Shown: one piece after another, positions 62,903-64,000 of the stretch
Layout: each line of letters begins with the position of its first letter
How positions within the stretch are numbered: position 1 is the stretch's first letter
NCBI GenBank assembly: GCA_016219275.1
Contig: JACRBM010000033.1
Coordinates: forward strand, 50,843-114,842
Direction of reading: 5' to 3'
DNA from: Chloroflexota bacterium
Lineage (GTDB): Bacteria; Chloroflexota; Anaerolineae; UBA4142
DNA: 64,000 nt
Notes under the pieces: model-generated
Databases searched by the model: none
What the model saw: only the letters and a program-made list of their open reading frames with translations
Told to the model about the DNA's origin: nothing
Translations under genes and position numbers: made by a program

Positions 62903-63892
62903 CTACGCTCCGCTCGTCGCAATCGCCGGCGGCGTTGCCGTCGCCGCGAGATACCCTTCCGTCCACACACTCGACTCGAACACCTCGTACACTCCAGTGA
63001 GAAACAACAGCACGATCAACATCACCAAACCGATCGCGCCGCCGATGATGAAACCGGTCACGACCGTGCTCGTCACCGCATACGCGACAAAACCGGCAAT
63101 GAACGCGATCACTGCCAGAATCGCGATCACCGGAATCAGCACGATACTAAAACCGATGCTCGTCGCCATCGTGAGAATGTAGAGCACGATGACGTTCTTG
63201 AGATTTGTGCGCACCACGCGATACCCTTCGCGAATCGCATCGAGCGCGCCGCGCTTGCCAATGACGCACGCGCGCACGAAGAATTCGTAAAACGGATACA
63301 CAACGAGCCGCACCACCCACAAACACGCGCCGGCGAGACAAATCATCACGACCGAACCGGCGATTCCCGCGACGAGCGCTGGTGTCGCTTCGCGAAATCG
63401 TTGCGCGACGATCAACGGAATCACAACCGCCAACGCGGGTGCGAGTGCGATCAAAATCAACACGAGCGACAACAGCACAATCGGCAAGTTGACGACCAAG
63501 CCAATCCCAAACAACGACCGCCAACGTTCCCAGCCAATGCCAAACCCGCGTCCCATCGCCGGCGAAACCTGGGTCGTTTCCAACTCATGCACCGACCCGA
63601 TCAGTGCGCCGCGCGCGAGAAAGCGCACGATCAACATCAGCAGACTCCACATGAGGATCACCACAAAGACGACGACGATAATCCACAAAATCATCTCATC
63701 TGAAACGCGGGGAAGCTCCGGCATGATGTCCGGTGTCGAGGTCCTGCCGCCATCTCCCCCGCCACTCGGCACATTGAACCCGCCGCCACTCCGACTTCCG
63801 CCTGCCAACGCGAACAAAATGCCGAACAGCCACAAGGCGCGATGTTTGAGCGTGATTTCAAACGCGCGCGTCAAAATCTTGCCATAATCCAT
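62903..63892 (-). CDS. polytopic membrane protein, function unknown
   Basis: GGAGGCAGG RBS. N-terminal MDYGKILTRAFEITLKHRALWLFGILFAL and six or more hydrophobic segments. Confidence 0.65.
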   Translation of the reverse strand: MDYGKILTRAFEITLKHRALWLFGILFALAGGSRSGGGFNVPSGGGDGGRTSTPDIMPELPRVSDEMILWIIVVVFVVILMWSLLMLIVRFLARGALIGSVHELETTQVSPAMGRGFGIGWERWRSLFGIGLVVNLPIVLLSLVLILIALAPALAVVIPLIVAQRFREATPALVAGIAGSVVMICLAGACLWVVRLVVYPFYEFFVRACVIGKRGALDAIREGYRVVRTNLKNVIVLYILTMATSIGFSIVLIPVIAILAVIAFIAGFVAYAVTSTVVTGFIIGGAIGLVMLIVLLFLTGVYEVFESSVWTEGYLAATATPPAIATSGA

Positions 63893-63905
63893 CCTGCCTC
63901 CTTGG

Positions 63906-63968
63906 TGATTTCAAATTTCGGATCGCAGATTGGATTCGTCCTGGTCTGAAATCTAAAACTTGAAATCG
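63906..63968. repeat. GATTTCA/GAAATC heptamer-based imperfect palindrome
   Basis: GATTTCA AATTTCG GATCGCA GATTGGA ... AAATCTA AAACTTG AAATCGG; GATTTCAA pairs with TTGAAATC. Confidence 0.55.
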
Positions 63969-64000
63969 GCTATCAATCGGTGAGCGATGGCGCGAAAACG

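Noticed and set aside
63969-64000. Possible 3' end of another gene at the right window edge.
   Set aside because: Only about 30 nt are available, so neither frame nor product can be supported.
1-64000. Looked for rRNA, tRNA, transposase, integrase and prophage genes, and for CRISPR-cas.
   Set aside because: No cloverleaf-like sequences appear in the short spacers. No ORF carries DDE, tyrosine- or serine-recombinase or phage structural motifs. The only mobile-looking sequences are the small non-coding repeat families.

Overview
This is a GC-rich chromosomal segment; typical coding lines counted by hand give about 58-67% G+C. It carries about 52 protein-coding genes. I found no rRNA, tRNA, CRISPR array, transposase or integrase. 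The gene content includes isopentenyl phosphate kinase, DUF2723/GT39-type polytopic glycosyltransferases with repeated C-terminal beta-sandwich modules, a GerMN lipoprotein, an LCP protein and a RodZ-like protein. That fits a Chloroflexota (Anaerolineae-like) genome, but the taxonomy is inference only. Housekeeping genes recognised: rlmI, mutM, a UbiD-family decarboxylase, a sulfonate/nitrate-type ABC transporter, an OmpR-type two-component pair, dCMP deaminase, upp, gyrA, a prpB/prpD-like pair, deoC, tatA, gap, pgk and rimO. Five things deserve a second look. (1) A minus-strand operon (12388->4204, possibly to 2141) couples a zinc-ribbon + class III cyclase + STAND NTPase + TPR protein to two paralogous cNMP-binding patatin phospholipases and a GAF histidine kinase. 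Its logic resembles Pycsar/CBASS, but the part combination matches neither described system. (2) A c-di-GMP-I (GEMM-I) riboswitch with a terminator expression platform sits upstream of a 130-aa secreted protein of unknown function, directly next to that operon. (3) A small defence-like islet (38651-42612) holds a DUF559 endonuclease, a DUF4062-like + NB-ARC + TPR STAND NTPase with an abruptly AT-rich sensor half, and vapBC. The STAND gene is bracketed by palindromic repeats. (4) Three families of structured repeats fill almost every intergenic spacer and occasionally sit in-frame inside genes: STRR-like tandem heptamer/octamer arrays, a conserved AGAAACCAGGTTTCT hairpin, and a GC-rich CCCCTCCCC...GGGGAGGGG palindromic element. 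(5) A tightly packed cluster (42762-51775) encodes polytopic GT-C-like proteins, a B12 radical SAM enzyme and a flippase-like protein. All function calls rest on motifs read from the translations; no database search was possible.
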